Below are positions 37,025 through 47,930 of a stretch of DNA of 64,000 bases, one piece after another (the first letter of the stretch is position 1; the number at the start of each line of letters is the position of its first letter). A program made the translations under genes and the position numbers. The notes beneath the pieces were generated by a model. It was not told the origin of the DNA. It made no database searches and was given only the letters and a program-made list of their open reading frames with translations. The stretch comes from Gracilinanus agilis (taxonomy: Eukaryota). The stretch is taken from contig NC_058130.1 in the NCBI RefSeq assembly GCF_016433145.1, positions 131,786,912 through 131,850,911 of the forward strand, in the 5' to 3' direction.

Positions 37025-37255
37025 AGTCTTAAGCAGAGAGTACTGGGCTTAGAATCAGGATGGCAAGTTCAAATCCAGCCTCAGACACTTGTGTACTTTG
37101 TGATCCTGGTCAAGTTATTTAACTTCAATTGGCCACAGTTTCCCTAGTTGTAAAATGGGGATAACTATAGCACCTACTTCTCAGGATTATTGTAAGAATC
37201 AAATGAGATATTTGTAAACTGCTTAGCACAGTACTTGGCACATAGTAGCCACTTA
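37025..37255 (+). mobile_element. MIR
   Basis: agagagtactgggcttagaatcagg...gttcaaatccagcctcagacac...gtaaaatggggataactatagcacctacttctcaggattattg...agcacagtacttggcacatagtag. Confidence 0.9.
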
Positions 37256-37834
37256 ATTTTTTTTCTTTTCCTTTCCCATTGATTGTGAGAGTTTCTTTAT
37301 CCAGGAATTCCCTATGCCAAGGAATCACTGGTCTAGTCGCAGGCCTCTTTCCTGTGTATCAAAAGGCAACATGACCCATTGGGAAAATATTAGGTTTGAT
37401 TCTAATCCCAGTTTTACCAATAACTCACTGTGTCCTTGGTTGGGCAGGTTGCTTCCCCCCACCGCTCTGAACACTTCTGTCTACTCTAAAATTGAGAGAT
37501 TGACTTAACTGATCTCTGAGGGCCCTTTCAGATGTAAGTCTACATCTAATCTTGTTTTGCTCCTAGGTGTGCACAGAACACAGCAAAAGGTAGTGACAGA
37601 CCCAGCTTACACTCCAAAAGTACTTCTGACTTCACTAACAAGATAGTAGGTGCCTCAAGCACAGGGTGCAGAAAAAAAAGAAGCTGCCATCTAGTCCAGT
37701 GGAATCAAACAAAAAAAGAAATGAGGCCACTCATTGGGTAAAGATTACTGCAAGTTGCATATTAACTTAGAAAATCATACACATTAAAATTATCTATGTT
37801 CTATTGCATTGTATTTTTTTTTAAATTCACAGAT

Positions 37835-38290
37835 GCTCTGACATTCAAAGCCCTTCATAACCTAGACCCTTATTGCCTTTCCAGACTTTAATTACTTTAT
37901 TCTCTGACAGGAACTTTTCAACCTGTGACCCTGTGAGACACTGGCCTCTTGATTTTTCCACAAATAAGACACTTCATCTCTCTACTCTGGGCATTCTCTC
38001 TGGTGGTCCCCTAAGCTTAGAACAGTCACCCTCCTCGGCTCCAACTACTGATCTCCCTTGCTTTCTTTAAGCCCTAACTAAAACCTTGCCTTTACTGGAA
38101 GTCTTTCCTAACCCCTCTTAGTTCCAGTGCCTTTCCTTTGTTATTATTTCCTATTTCTCCTGCACATAGGTTGCTTTGTATATATTTGTTTGCATATTAT
38201 CTCCCCCGTTAGATTCTAAATTCCTTGAGGGGAGGGACTATCTTTTGCCTCTTTTTTAAATCCCTATCAAAGTTAATAGAATTTCTGGAA
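37835..38290 (+). mobile_element. Marsupial-type L2 3' end
   Basis: caaagcccttcataacct...ttagattctaaattccttgaggggagggactatcttttgcc...ggaacatagcagg. Confidence 0.85.
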
Positions 38291-38324
38291 CATAGCAGGG
38301 TTTATCGGTTGATTGGCTACTGAA

Positions 38325-39340
38325 AAATTCTGCAAGAGATTACTAAAAAGATAGCTTGAGAACACTTAGAAGAAGAAATGATGATCACTTTGAGCCACCA
38401 TGGATTCCTCAAAAACAAGTTATGCCAGACTAACCATACTTCCTTTTTTGGTAAGGTGATTTAAGGGGAAGTTTAGGGAAACAGACATGGTATACCTAAA
38501 TTTCAGCAAAGCACTTGACAAAGTCTTTCATTCTATCCTTGTAGACATTACTGGAGAATTGTAAGATGAATGATAAAGTTAGGTAGATTTTGGAATTGGT
38601 TTAATGACTAAACACAAAGAGGAGTGAGTGATTAATAGATTGTTTTATAACCCTGTCCTTAGCACAAGCTTAGATTTTTTTATCAATGACTTAGATGAAT
38701 GCACAGGTAAGACATTTATTAAAATTGCAGATGATACTTAGGTAAATGAGATATCTGAGCTGGAGAACAAAATCAAGATAAAATGACTGACGCCTGAGAA
38801 TAATAAGCCAAGCTAATAAAATGAATAAAAGTAGGAATAAATGTGAAGCCCTACATGTGGATTAAAAAAAAATAAGCAGCACAAGTATAGAATGAGGAAC
38901 ATGTAGCCTGTCTTTCCCTTTCTGGGCTACAATTCCTCCTCTCTAAAATAAGGAAGGCAACCAGGAAGGTGAGGGAATTTAAAACCATACATATGAAGAA
39001 AAGTTCAAGAAACTGGGTTTGTTTAGTCTAGGGAAGTGGGGATTTAAGGGAGACATAACAAATACTTTCAAATATTTTATGAATTTTGATATAGAAGAAA
39101 GGATTATTGTTCTGCTTGATCTCCAGGACCATAATTAGGTCCAATGGGTGGAGTTATAGAGAAGCCAATTATATCTTACCAATTAAAAAAATTCCTATTA
39201 ATTGCCCCAAAGTGAAATTGTGTTGCCTCAGAAGGTAGTGGGTATCCTATCTCTGGCAGTCTTCAAGCAGAGGCTGATTTTTCATTTTGTGGTAGATAAT
39301 GTAAATTTGATTTTTGTAGGATTTGGACTGAACAACTTTT
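38325..39340 (+). mobile_element. L3/CR1 RT region to 3' end
   Basis: ccatggattcctcaaaaacaagttatgccagactaacc (HGFLKNKLCQTN), tacctaaatttcagcaaagcacttgacaaagtc (YLNFSKALDKV), aaaattgcagatgatact (KIADDT). Confidence 0.92.
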
Positions 39341-39430
39341 AATGTTCCTTTAAATTTTATTATTTTATGAAAGACAGAAGAGGAAAAAGCACACTCAAAA
39401 ATAATAATTTTTAAAATATTTAGGTAATGG

Positions 39431-39605
39431 AGTAGAACCTCATTATAATATGGGTGGCAGGGGACAAGGATAATAGGAGAATTAATGGTTTCCCATTTAT
39501 AGTAAGTTTGATGCTCTATACCTTATTCTGTACCTAGATGGGATATATGGTTTTATGTAACTGATTCCATGGAATAGTGAGGCAATTTATAATGAGATTT
39601 TATAG
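39431..39605. mobile_element. Possible Tc1/mariner (Tigger-like) MITE remnant
   Basis: Imperfect terminal inverted repeats agtagaacctcattataa and ttataatgagattttatag, about 175 bp apart. TA TSD not preserved. Confidence 0.4.
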
Positions 39606-40339
39606 TTTCAACCTCTTCCCTCTATGAGAGCTGCTAACATAAGAACATTATCTAATCTGAGATTTATCACTGCTCTCTTCCTTAATTCCCTAATACCATC
39701 CCCAACAATCAAGACCCTAGTGAACAATGGTTAAGGACAAGAGTGTGAAGGAGAAGCAAGGCCCTGGATAATTCATAAAGTATACACTTATACTTCAGAA
39801 CAATCAATAATGAACTTTAAAATTAAGAAAGTCTGTCCATGTGCAAATATTTTCAAAAGTGGATATGAAGGGTATTATATGAATGACTGGGAGAAGGGTG
39901 ACTCTGAGGATTGAACTGTTCATGAGTTTTAGTTGTAACCAAAAATATTTAGTATTTAGCTTAGACAAACACTGAAAAACAAAATCAAATGATGTTGCAC
40001 CTCTGAGGAGTCTTAGAGGCAAAGTAGTTTCTCTGACTTTACAGAAAACAAAATTGAGACCTAGAAAGATTCAAAGCCACATTGTAAATTACTGGCAGAA
40101 TCGGGACCAGAATCTAGGTCTCCTGTTCCCAATCATCATTATTTCTATTATCATAGAATCTCCAATTTAACAAGGATTTTACAAACCATTTAATCTCTCT
40201 GGTTACTTAATAAGAAACCTTTCTACAGTAGATTTGAGAGTCCTGGCTTTGGGCATGACCTTCAAGGCTCTCTATTCTAAACTAAGACTTGAACAAGAAT
40301 CTGATCTTAGTTCTAAGTGTTCTAGAACCAAGAGGAAAC

Positions 40340-42070
40340 CATAGAATCCCTCTACCACATGACAGCCTTTCAAATACTTGAAGGCATTTATCAGATCACT
40401 CATTCCCAATCCTCATCTTCTCCCACTCACCAAGACTCTTCTTCTCTAGTTTAAGCATTCCTCAGGCACACTTAAAACTCTACTTTCATAGTCTATGGTC
40501 TCTTCATCATCCCAGTCACCTTCCTCTGGCTGAACTTCATCTTGTTGATATCCTCCTTAAATATCATACCTGTAATGGGACACAATAATCCAGAAGGGAT
40601 CTGACCAGATTGGATTGTTACATCCTCTGTTCTGGGGATTATCCATCTGTTAAAATAGCCTACAATTATTTTAGTTTGGGGGGCTGCTATGTCACATAAT
40701 TCATTTGTTTTGAGCTCAACTTTGCTAATATACTCAAAATTTTTTCCCCTACAAACTTTTGTCTGGCTAGTGTTTTCCTATCCTACACTTGTGAAGTTGA
40801 TTTTTTGAACCCAATCATACAACTTTACATTTCTCCCTATTACATTTTCTCATATTAGATTCAATCCAAGTTGGCACTAACTCATTAATGGCTAATTTTT
40901 AGGTCTGGTGATTCAACCAACTCCGAATACACATCATTATATTATCATTTAACCCAGACCTATCCATTTAATCTCATATGACCTTGACCTGTTCTTGGCC
41001 TTTGAAGATCTCTGGTTCCTTTTTTAAAATACTAGATAATTTTTAATAATATACTTTAGAATTTTTCCAGAATCAAGTTTAGCATACAGACTCTACCCTT
41101 CCCCTTTATTTTTTGAAAAGCTGAATGACATTTACCCTTATTTGGTCTCCTGGAACCTCATCTGCTCTCCATGATTTTTCAAAGGTCACCAACATCACAT
41201 TGGGAATTATGTTTTCTAGCTCTGTCATTTGTCTGGGACAAGAGTTGGCAAACTATGGTTTGCAGGCTAAATCTGACCATCTATCTGCTTTTGTATATAG
41301 TCTGTGAGCTAAGAATGGTTTTTATACTTATAACAAAATTTTATTTTTTTTAAATGTAAAAATGATTCTTAACTCAATAGCAATTCAAAAAAAGCTAATG
41401 GATTATGGACCAGATCTGGCCCAAGAGTCATGGTTTGCTGACCCCTTGACCAGGATGTAATTTATAAAGGGTTGTTGAATTGGACTTAGTGAGAATAGAG
41501 AAGTATTCTTCTATCTTCTCATTTACCTTGGGTTTCACATGCCTCTTAACCATTTTTGTTTTCTCCTTCCCATTTCAAAAATGTTTCTCTTTGGTAGAGA
41601 AAAAATGCAAAATAAGAGTCAAACAGTTCTCTCATCTCTCTTTTATCTCATCTGTCTTTTATCATAACTTCATCCATACTAAGAAGTGTTCCTATTTCCA
41701 AGTTTTCTTGATCTTCCAAAAGTCCCCAATAAAAAAGTATTTATGTCCTCAATATTTATCTCTAGCTACAACTTATTTTGCTACTGGTACTATATTTATA
41801 GGACTGTACCTTTTTTTATCTGTTACCTCAAATTTCTTTGATCTTTTCCTCTTTTTAAAAAATGCTGATTTGATTAATGAGAGTTCCCTATGCATCCACA
41901 GTGGCAGATATAGGAAATTGCTTATTTTCTTCCTCATAAGAATTGTTTTCTGAAAACACTACTACACTGTTCTCCATCATTATCACTTTGAATCATGCAA
42001 GAATAAAATATAGACTTAGGCAGGTAAGCCAGTTTCTAAACCCAAATGATTTTAACTTTTCTATCTTTCT
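40340..42070 (-). mobile_element. L3/CR1 ORF2 fragment
   Basis: Reverse CR1 motifs: gccttcaaatacttgaag, ctattacattttctcat, ttttccagaatcaagttt, ctccatgatttttcaaag, ggtagagaaaaaatgcaaaataagag. Confidence 0.82.
41239..41448. mobile_element. hAT-Charlie MITE (MER58-like) inserted in the L3
   Basis: TIRs caagagttggcaaac and gtttgctgaccccttg. Internal gagctaagaatggttttta. TSD decayed. Confidence 0.8.
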
Positions 42071-43149
42071 CTAAGATTTTCTCTTATTTGCTCTAGCTGA
42101 CTGACATTTGGGAACTAATTCCATATTTTGTGATTATCAATTTACTCCACATATTTCTTCTGTTTCTTTTGCTAGTTTCCTACTCCTGACACAGTTTGGT
42201 ACTTTTAATATTTTTTAAAACTCAGTTTTATTTTATTTTTTATTTCTATTTATCTCCCTCTACTATATGTTGAGACAGCAAAAAAAAAACAAAATCCATT
42301 ACAAATATGTACAGAATTGCAAAGTAAATTCCTGCATTAGCCATGTCCAAAAAGGGAAGGAAAGGAAGTAAAAGAAGAAGAAAAGAGAATATTAGCTGTT
42401 AAATCTAAAAGAATGGATGGCAGGTCTAGATCACTTCTTTAGCCCACAGAATTAGCTTCATGAACCTAAAACAAAAGCACAGTGAGATGCAAGACATTGT
42501 GGTCAACGGAAGCTGTTGGAACTGATTCCAGAGGCTGCTGAAAAAAGGCCGATTATTCCACATGGACTTAGCCCAAGTATTCCAGAAAATAAGTAACTGA
42601 TTAGATGCCTTCCCAGGGACCTTTCGAGTTCTGTGTTTCTAAAATCCTGCTCCCAATTTCCAACATTCTCCGTCTGAACTTTTTGAAGATGCCTTCATTA
42701 CCTCCCTTTTTTATTCTCAGCTACCTCTCACCCCATTTTCAGACTGGGATAGTAAACTGTCTTTGGAAAGGACTGGAGAAGCCTTAAATCTGACTCACCT
42801 TGAAACACTAGTCTAGCTGAAGCTCCCTCTCAGATTTCCTCCCAGGAGCAATAACAGTACTGCTAGAGAGAACATCTATGAAAGAAGATATTATAGCTTT
42901 GTGTATTCACAATAAGAGTCTACCTACATGCAAATTGTGTAAATTCAAAGGTCACAGAATTGTGGGACCACAGAAACCCAGTGTTACAAGGAGCTAAGAG
43001 AATGGATTAATATCAGTTTAGACTCAAACGTTAGAGCTGAAAGAGATCTCAGGAGTAATCTAGTGCAACTTTCTCATTTTACAGTTGAGAAAATTAAAGC
43101 CCAGGAGGAACTGCCTAGCAAGGTGGTGAGGTGAGATGCCTTGAAACCA

Positions 43150-43520
43150 TTTTGCTTGAAAAATGACTGAAAGAAATAGGAAGATTTAGCTTGGAGAAAA
43201 TTTAGGATTAAAAATGATCTATTTATTCAGTCATCTGAAGGGCTGTCATTTAGAAAAGATTAGATTGATTTTGCTTGACCTGAGAGGACAGATCTAGGAG
43301 GGGAAATTGTAACAAGAAAGATTTCAGTTCAATATATAGAACTTTCCAACAATTAAGGCTGTTCAACAAGGGGCTAGACTGTCAGGAAATACTAGGTTCT
43401 CCATAACTGGAGATATTCAGGCAAAGGTGGGAAATATCTTGTTGAGAATAATGTATAAGAGGTTAATACATTCAGAAAGAGTCAAATTATATGACTTTTC
43501 AGGTCCCTTGCAACTCTGAA
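43150..43520 (+). mobile_element. L3/CR1 3' end
   Basis: ggaagatttagcttggagaa...catctgaagggctgtcattt...aggtcccttgcaactctga. Confidence 0.8.
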
Positions 43521-43579
43521 AGTCTATGTCATCAAGTATACTCCTTGCCTGATGTCCTGATATTCTATATCAATTACAT

Positions 43580-43790
43580 AGTACTTTTAGGTTTACAGAG
43601 CATTTACAATTATGATCTCATTTGATCCTCACAGCAACCCTGTAGGTAAACAATCTCCAATTTACAGATGACAAAACTGAGGCAGATCAAGGTTCAACGA
43701 CTTGCCCAAGGACACATGACTGGGTTAGTGTCCAAGGCTGGATTTGAACTTAGATCTTTTTGGCTTCAGGTCCATACCTCTATGCTTAAT
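43580..43790 (-). mobile_element. MIR
   Basis: atctcatttgatcctcacagcaaccctgtagg...ttacagatgacaaaactgaggcag...gacttgcccaagg...ggatttgaac. Confidence 0.85.
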
Positions 43791-45119
43791 AAATGATCTT
43801 GCTTGGCTTCTGTTTAAACACCTCTAGTGATTTTTTTTAAAAGCCCACTTACTTAAAAGCAGTCATTCCATTTTGGGATCACTAGTTAAACTGAGTCTCA
43901 ACAGACTTAGAATGAGAAGAGCTGGGATTGAGTCCTGGCTCTGCCACTTACTGGCCATCTAATCACAGCCAAGTCACTTGGCCCTCTGCATCTCAGCTTC
44001 TTCCTCTTCTGCCACATGAGGCTGATGATACTTGAAATACCTATCCCATCATGCTATTTTGAGCAAAGTGCTGAATAATGTGAGCTAACTGATACAGGCA
44101 CCCAGCACTCTTGAGCCCAGTCTCTGAAACCTGAATATTATTGTAGGTTTGGAAGAGTCCTTAGAATTTATCTACTTTATCCCCCTAGTTTTACAGGGAA
44201 GAAAGCTGAGGCTGAAAAGACTAAAGGGTCACAAAGAGAATAACCTGTAGAGCTAGTCTCTGAACTTAGTTTCTCTGACTCCAAATCCAGCTCTCCTTTT
44301 TTATTTTACTGACATATTTTATTTTAACACAAGAAAAATCTCTTCAAACTCCAAAACAACAGCCCCCATCCACAATCATCCCCTACTCCAGCCAAGAACA
44401 TTCCTCCAAACATCTAAGCAAAACCATCTGACAGAGTGATTGCAACCAACAGTATATTCCACTTTTCCACACTTGCTAATCAAAAGGGAATGTGTTCTCC
44501 CTTAAATAATTTGGAATTAACATTATCCATCTACCTCTCCTCCTTTCCTTTCAGTGTGGCTTTTATATTGTTGTATGAATATATACACATATAAGTTTGG
44601 GTGTATGCTTGTAAAAATATTTGTGTATATATATATGTATATATACATATAAGCACTTTCACACATATACATCAACAACTATATATATATATTTATTATA
44701 TGAATCATCTGCATGTTATTTCTATTTTACAGAGTAATGACTGATGCCTGATTTGCCTGTGTACGGTAGGGATAGTTGATCTGCAAAGGAACATCCGAAA
44801 AATAGTCTATGTCTTATCCACAGTAACTAGAAAATATTCTCCTGTCACCATCAAGTGTGATAAAACCTGAGAACGTGACATACATTAACATAATAGTCTT
44901 GCTTGGAAAGATGGTCTTTTAAAAAAGTGCTTGGAGGTACAAATTGTGCAAGTAAAAAACAAAAGGAAGTTCCATTTAAGAAAGAGTTAAAGAAATGTAG
45001 CAAATGATTATAATTTGGTAACTTTCAGAAAAGCTACTAATCAGGCTCAATGATACACTATTATGTACATAGAAAGTATGTAGAAATACATATATTTCTA
45101 CAGATATATACATATATTT

Positions 45120-45900
45120 CTTTTGACTCTATTAATTTGCATCACAATATGTAAATCTGCCTAGCTTTCCCTGAATTCATCATATATGTTGTTCCTTATA
45201 TTGTAATATCCTATTATTTTTCACATATCACACAATTTCTCCAGCTATTAGCCAAAATGTGGACATATATGGATCTTTCCTTACAGGTCATTAATTTCTC
45301 AGGAGTATAAAGCAGGTAGAAAAACCTGAATCAAAGGTTATAAATAATTGAGTAACTTTTCTTGAATAACTTCAAATCATTTTTCAGAATGTTTGGACCA
45401 ATTCACAGCTCCACCAGCAGTGAATTAATGGTTGTCTTCACGTGGCTACTTCAACACTGAATTTTCCTATCTTTCCCCATCTTTGCCAATTGAATGAATG
45501 CCAGGTTATACCTCAGAATTGCTTTCATTTGCATTTATCTGATAATAAGTGATTTGAAGCAGTTTCTAGATCGTTGTTGATTATTCCTTTGAAAAGAATT
45601 TGTTCATATCCTTTGATCACCACCTGTCTGTTGGATTATGGCTCTTAATCTTACAAATTTATGTCAATTCCCTATAAATTTTAGACATCAGATTTTTAAA
45701 AAATACATTTTTTCAGTCAATAAGAATTTGCTTTCTCTCCCTCCCACCTCCTCCCACCTCCAACTGAGAAAGCAAGAAAAATAAAACTCCTGTTACAAAG
45801 ATGTATAATCAAGCAAAACAAATGCTTGCATTGGCCAAGTCCAAAAAAAAATAACGGACATATTTTTTATCAGATGTTTAATACAAATATTTTACAATAT
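45120..45900 (-). mobile_element. Old marsupial L1 ORF2 3' region, with a further L1-like 3' end inserted at about 45700-45860
   Basis: ccaattcacagctccaccagcagtg and cctcagaattgctttcatttgcattt are reverse complements of 27730-27880. Confidence 0.82.
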
Positions 45901-45999
45901 GTGCATTTCTTCCTATTTTAGCTGCACTAATTGGGTATAAATTTTATTTTATATAATTTAAATTGTCTCCTTTTGTCTTTTATAATCTCCTTATGGTGA

Positions 46000-46195
46000 A
46001 ATGGATAGATCACTGTCCTTAAAGCTAGGAAGATATGAGTTCAAATTCCGCTTCTGACACATACTGGCTGTGTCACTTCCACTTTTCTGTGCTCTGGGCA
46101 GCTCTGTAAGATAAAAAATGGCAGAGATGGTGCTGACCTGCATTGATAGGGGAATTTTTTTTAAATCTGGGAGTTGCCTATACCAATGAAATTAG
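46000..46195 (+). mobile_element. Marsupial CORE SINE (Mar-3-like tail)
   Basis: gagttcaaattccgcttctgacacatactggctgtg...gcagagatggtgctgacctgcattgataggg...ccaatgaaat. Confidence 0.75.
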
Positions 46196-46199
46196 AAAC

Positions 46200-47450
46200 C
46201 CTCCAAATGTGCTCTTGATTTCATTCCCTCCTATTTCCTCTAGGAGACTGTTCCCTCATTCATTCCTTCTCCCATATTTTAATCTCTCCCTATCCACTAG
46301 TTCCTTTCCTGCTGCCTACAAACATTCCCAGATCTCTCCCATTCTTAAAACATCTTCATTTGACCCAATTACCTCCTCTAAATTCTGCTTCTCCCTTTCA
46401 CAGACAAATTCAACGAAAAATCCATTTATAATCATTACTTCTACTTCCTCTTCTCCCATTCACTTCTCAACCCTTTGTAATTTGACCCTACCACTTGACT
46501 GAAAATGTTGTCTTTCAAGGATTTCAACAACTTATCAATCGTTCAATCCAATGGCCTTTTCTCTGTCTTCATTCTTCTTGACTTCTTTGCAGCTGTAACA
46601 TTTGAAACTATTGGCCACGACCTCTTCCTCCTGGAGAGATACTCTTTCCTCTCTGGAAGTTTGTTAACCCTCCTCTCTCCTAGAACTCCTGTCTGTCTGA
46701 ACAATTTTCTTCAGCATCTTCTGCTTGGTCACCATCTATGCTCTATCCTTGTCCTTGGATGCAACCCGGGGGCTCTACTCTGGGTCCACTTCCCTCTGTA
46801 CTTTTTCTCAGTGACCTTGGCTTTCATGGGTTTGATGATCATATCTATGTAGATCACTATCATATCTTTATCTTCATCCCTAATAACTTTCTCAAGCTCC
46901 AGGCCCATATCACATATATCCAGAAAAGAACTTATCATTTCCTCAAATCTACTCCTCTTCATACCTTCCCTATTTAAGTTAGAGGCTCCACAATCCTTCT
47001 AATCATCAAAGTTCACAGGTACTGGTCAACTTCACTTTTTTCTCTGTCATCATTCATCTTCTCCTCCTTCCAAAGTTTCTAAGTCTCATCAATTCTATAT
47101 CCCCAAAATTTCTCTTGAATTCGTCCCTTCCTCTTCACTCACATGATCCTACTTTGGGCCTCATCTTTTTTTGTCTTGTTCATTGCAGTAACCTCTCGCC
47201 TCTAATCTTTCATTCTACAATTCATCCTCCATATAGCCGCCAAATTGACATCCCTAAAGCATGGGTATGGCCACATCACTACTCTGTTTAAGCAGTTTCT
47301 GTAGTTCTCTAATGTCAGTAGTTTTGATTTGCATTTAAAGCCCCTCGATCTGGCCCTAGTCTAGCATTCTAGACTAATTTCAAATTACTTCCCTTCTCCA
47401 TTGCAGCTTGGCTCTGCATTCCAGCCACGCTGGTCTACTTGCTATTTGAT
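46200..47450 (+). mobile_element. L2 ORF2 (RT domain) fragment
   Basis: Track ORFs 46143, 46505 and 46738 read FNLSLSTSSFPAAYKHSQISPILK and SNGLFSVFILLDFFAA...TIGHDLFLL, which are L2 RT motifs. Confidence 0.92.
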
Positions 47451-47684
47451 TCTCTCAATATCCCTACAAGGAAGGTCTCATGAGTAATACTATTCCAGTT
47501 TTGTAGCTTAGATATCTGAAGTTTGGAGAACTTAAATGGCTTGTCCATGGCCAAATACTAGTCAGTGCTGGAGGCAGGATTCAAGCCTAGGTCTCTCTTA
47601 ACACCAAGCCTGCCAAGTGAATAAAGATTATATGAGCAGTCCATTGAATTAGTCTATCAATATACATATATTTTCATGAAGCGA

Positions 47685-47930
47685 GATGAGCTGAGCAGGT
47701 TGGGGATGAGGAGATGAACAGGCTGGATTTCAAAAGGGAAACTTTACAGCACTTTCTACAATGCAACGCTGCTGCTTGACACCAAAATTCATCTTTTCGA
47801 TATCAACATTCTTCCAGCGATTCTATGCAGTTGAGAATCATGGAACAAATACAGCGATCTCCAAAGAATCGAAATTGTGGGTGACTGAAAGGGCAGCATA
47901 TCGCTGACAATGACTTGCACACCACACATA
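47685..47930 (+). mobile_element. RTE-clade LINE RT C-terminal fragment
   Basis: From 47685: DELSRLGMRR*TGWISKGKLYSTFYNATLLLDTKIHLFDINILPAILCS*ESWN, matching the RTE pattern ELxRR...W.AFGKL...TK..LF...ILP.LLYG.ESW. Confidence 0.8.

Noticed and set aside
41480-41953. 157-aa + strand ORF
   Set aside because: Antisense reading of a decayed L3/CR1, with the Phe/Leu/Ser-rich composition typical of such artefacts.
42799-42875. Minus-strand pseudo-exon with strong donor AAG|gtgagt and signal-peptide-like MFSLAVLLLLLGG
   Set aside because: A stop codon occurs in all three frames before the donor. At best a non-coding exon, with no other support.
44720-45000. Protein-like translations (IVDLQRNIRKIVYVLSTVTRK on +, DIDYFSDVPLQINYPYR on -)
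   Set aside because: Interrupted by stops, with no motif I can assign to a gene or transposase.
46143-46977. Three consecutive + strand ORFs
   Set aside because: Decayed L2 reverse transcriptase, not a gene.
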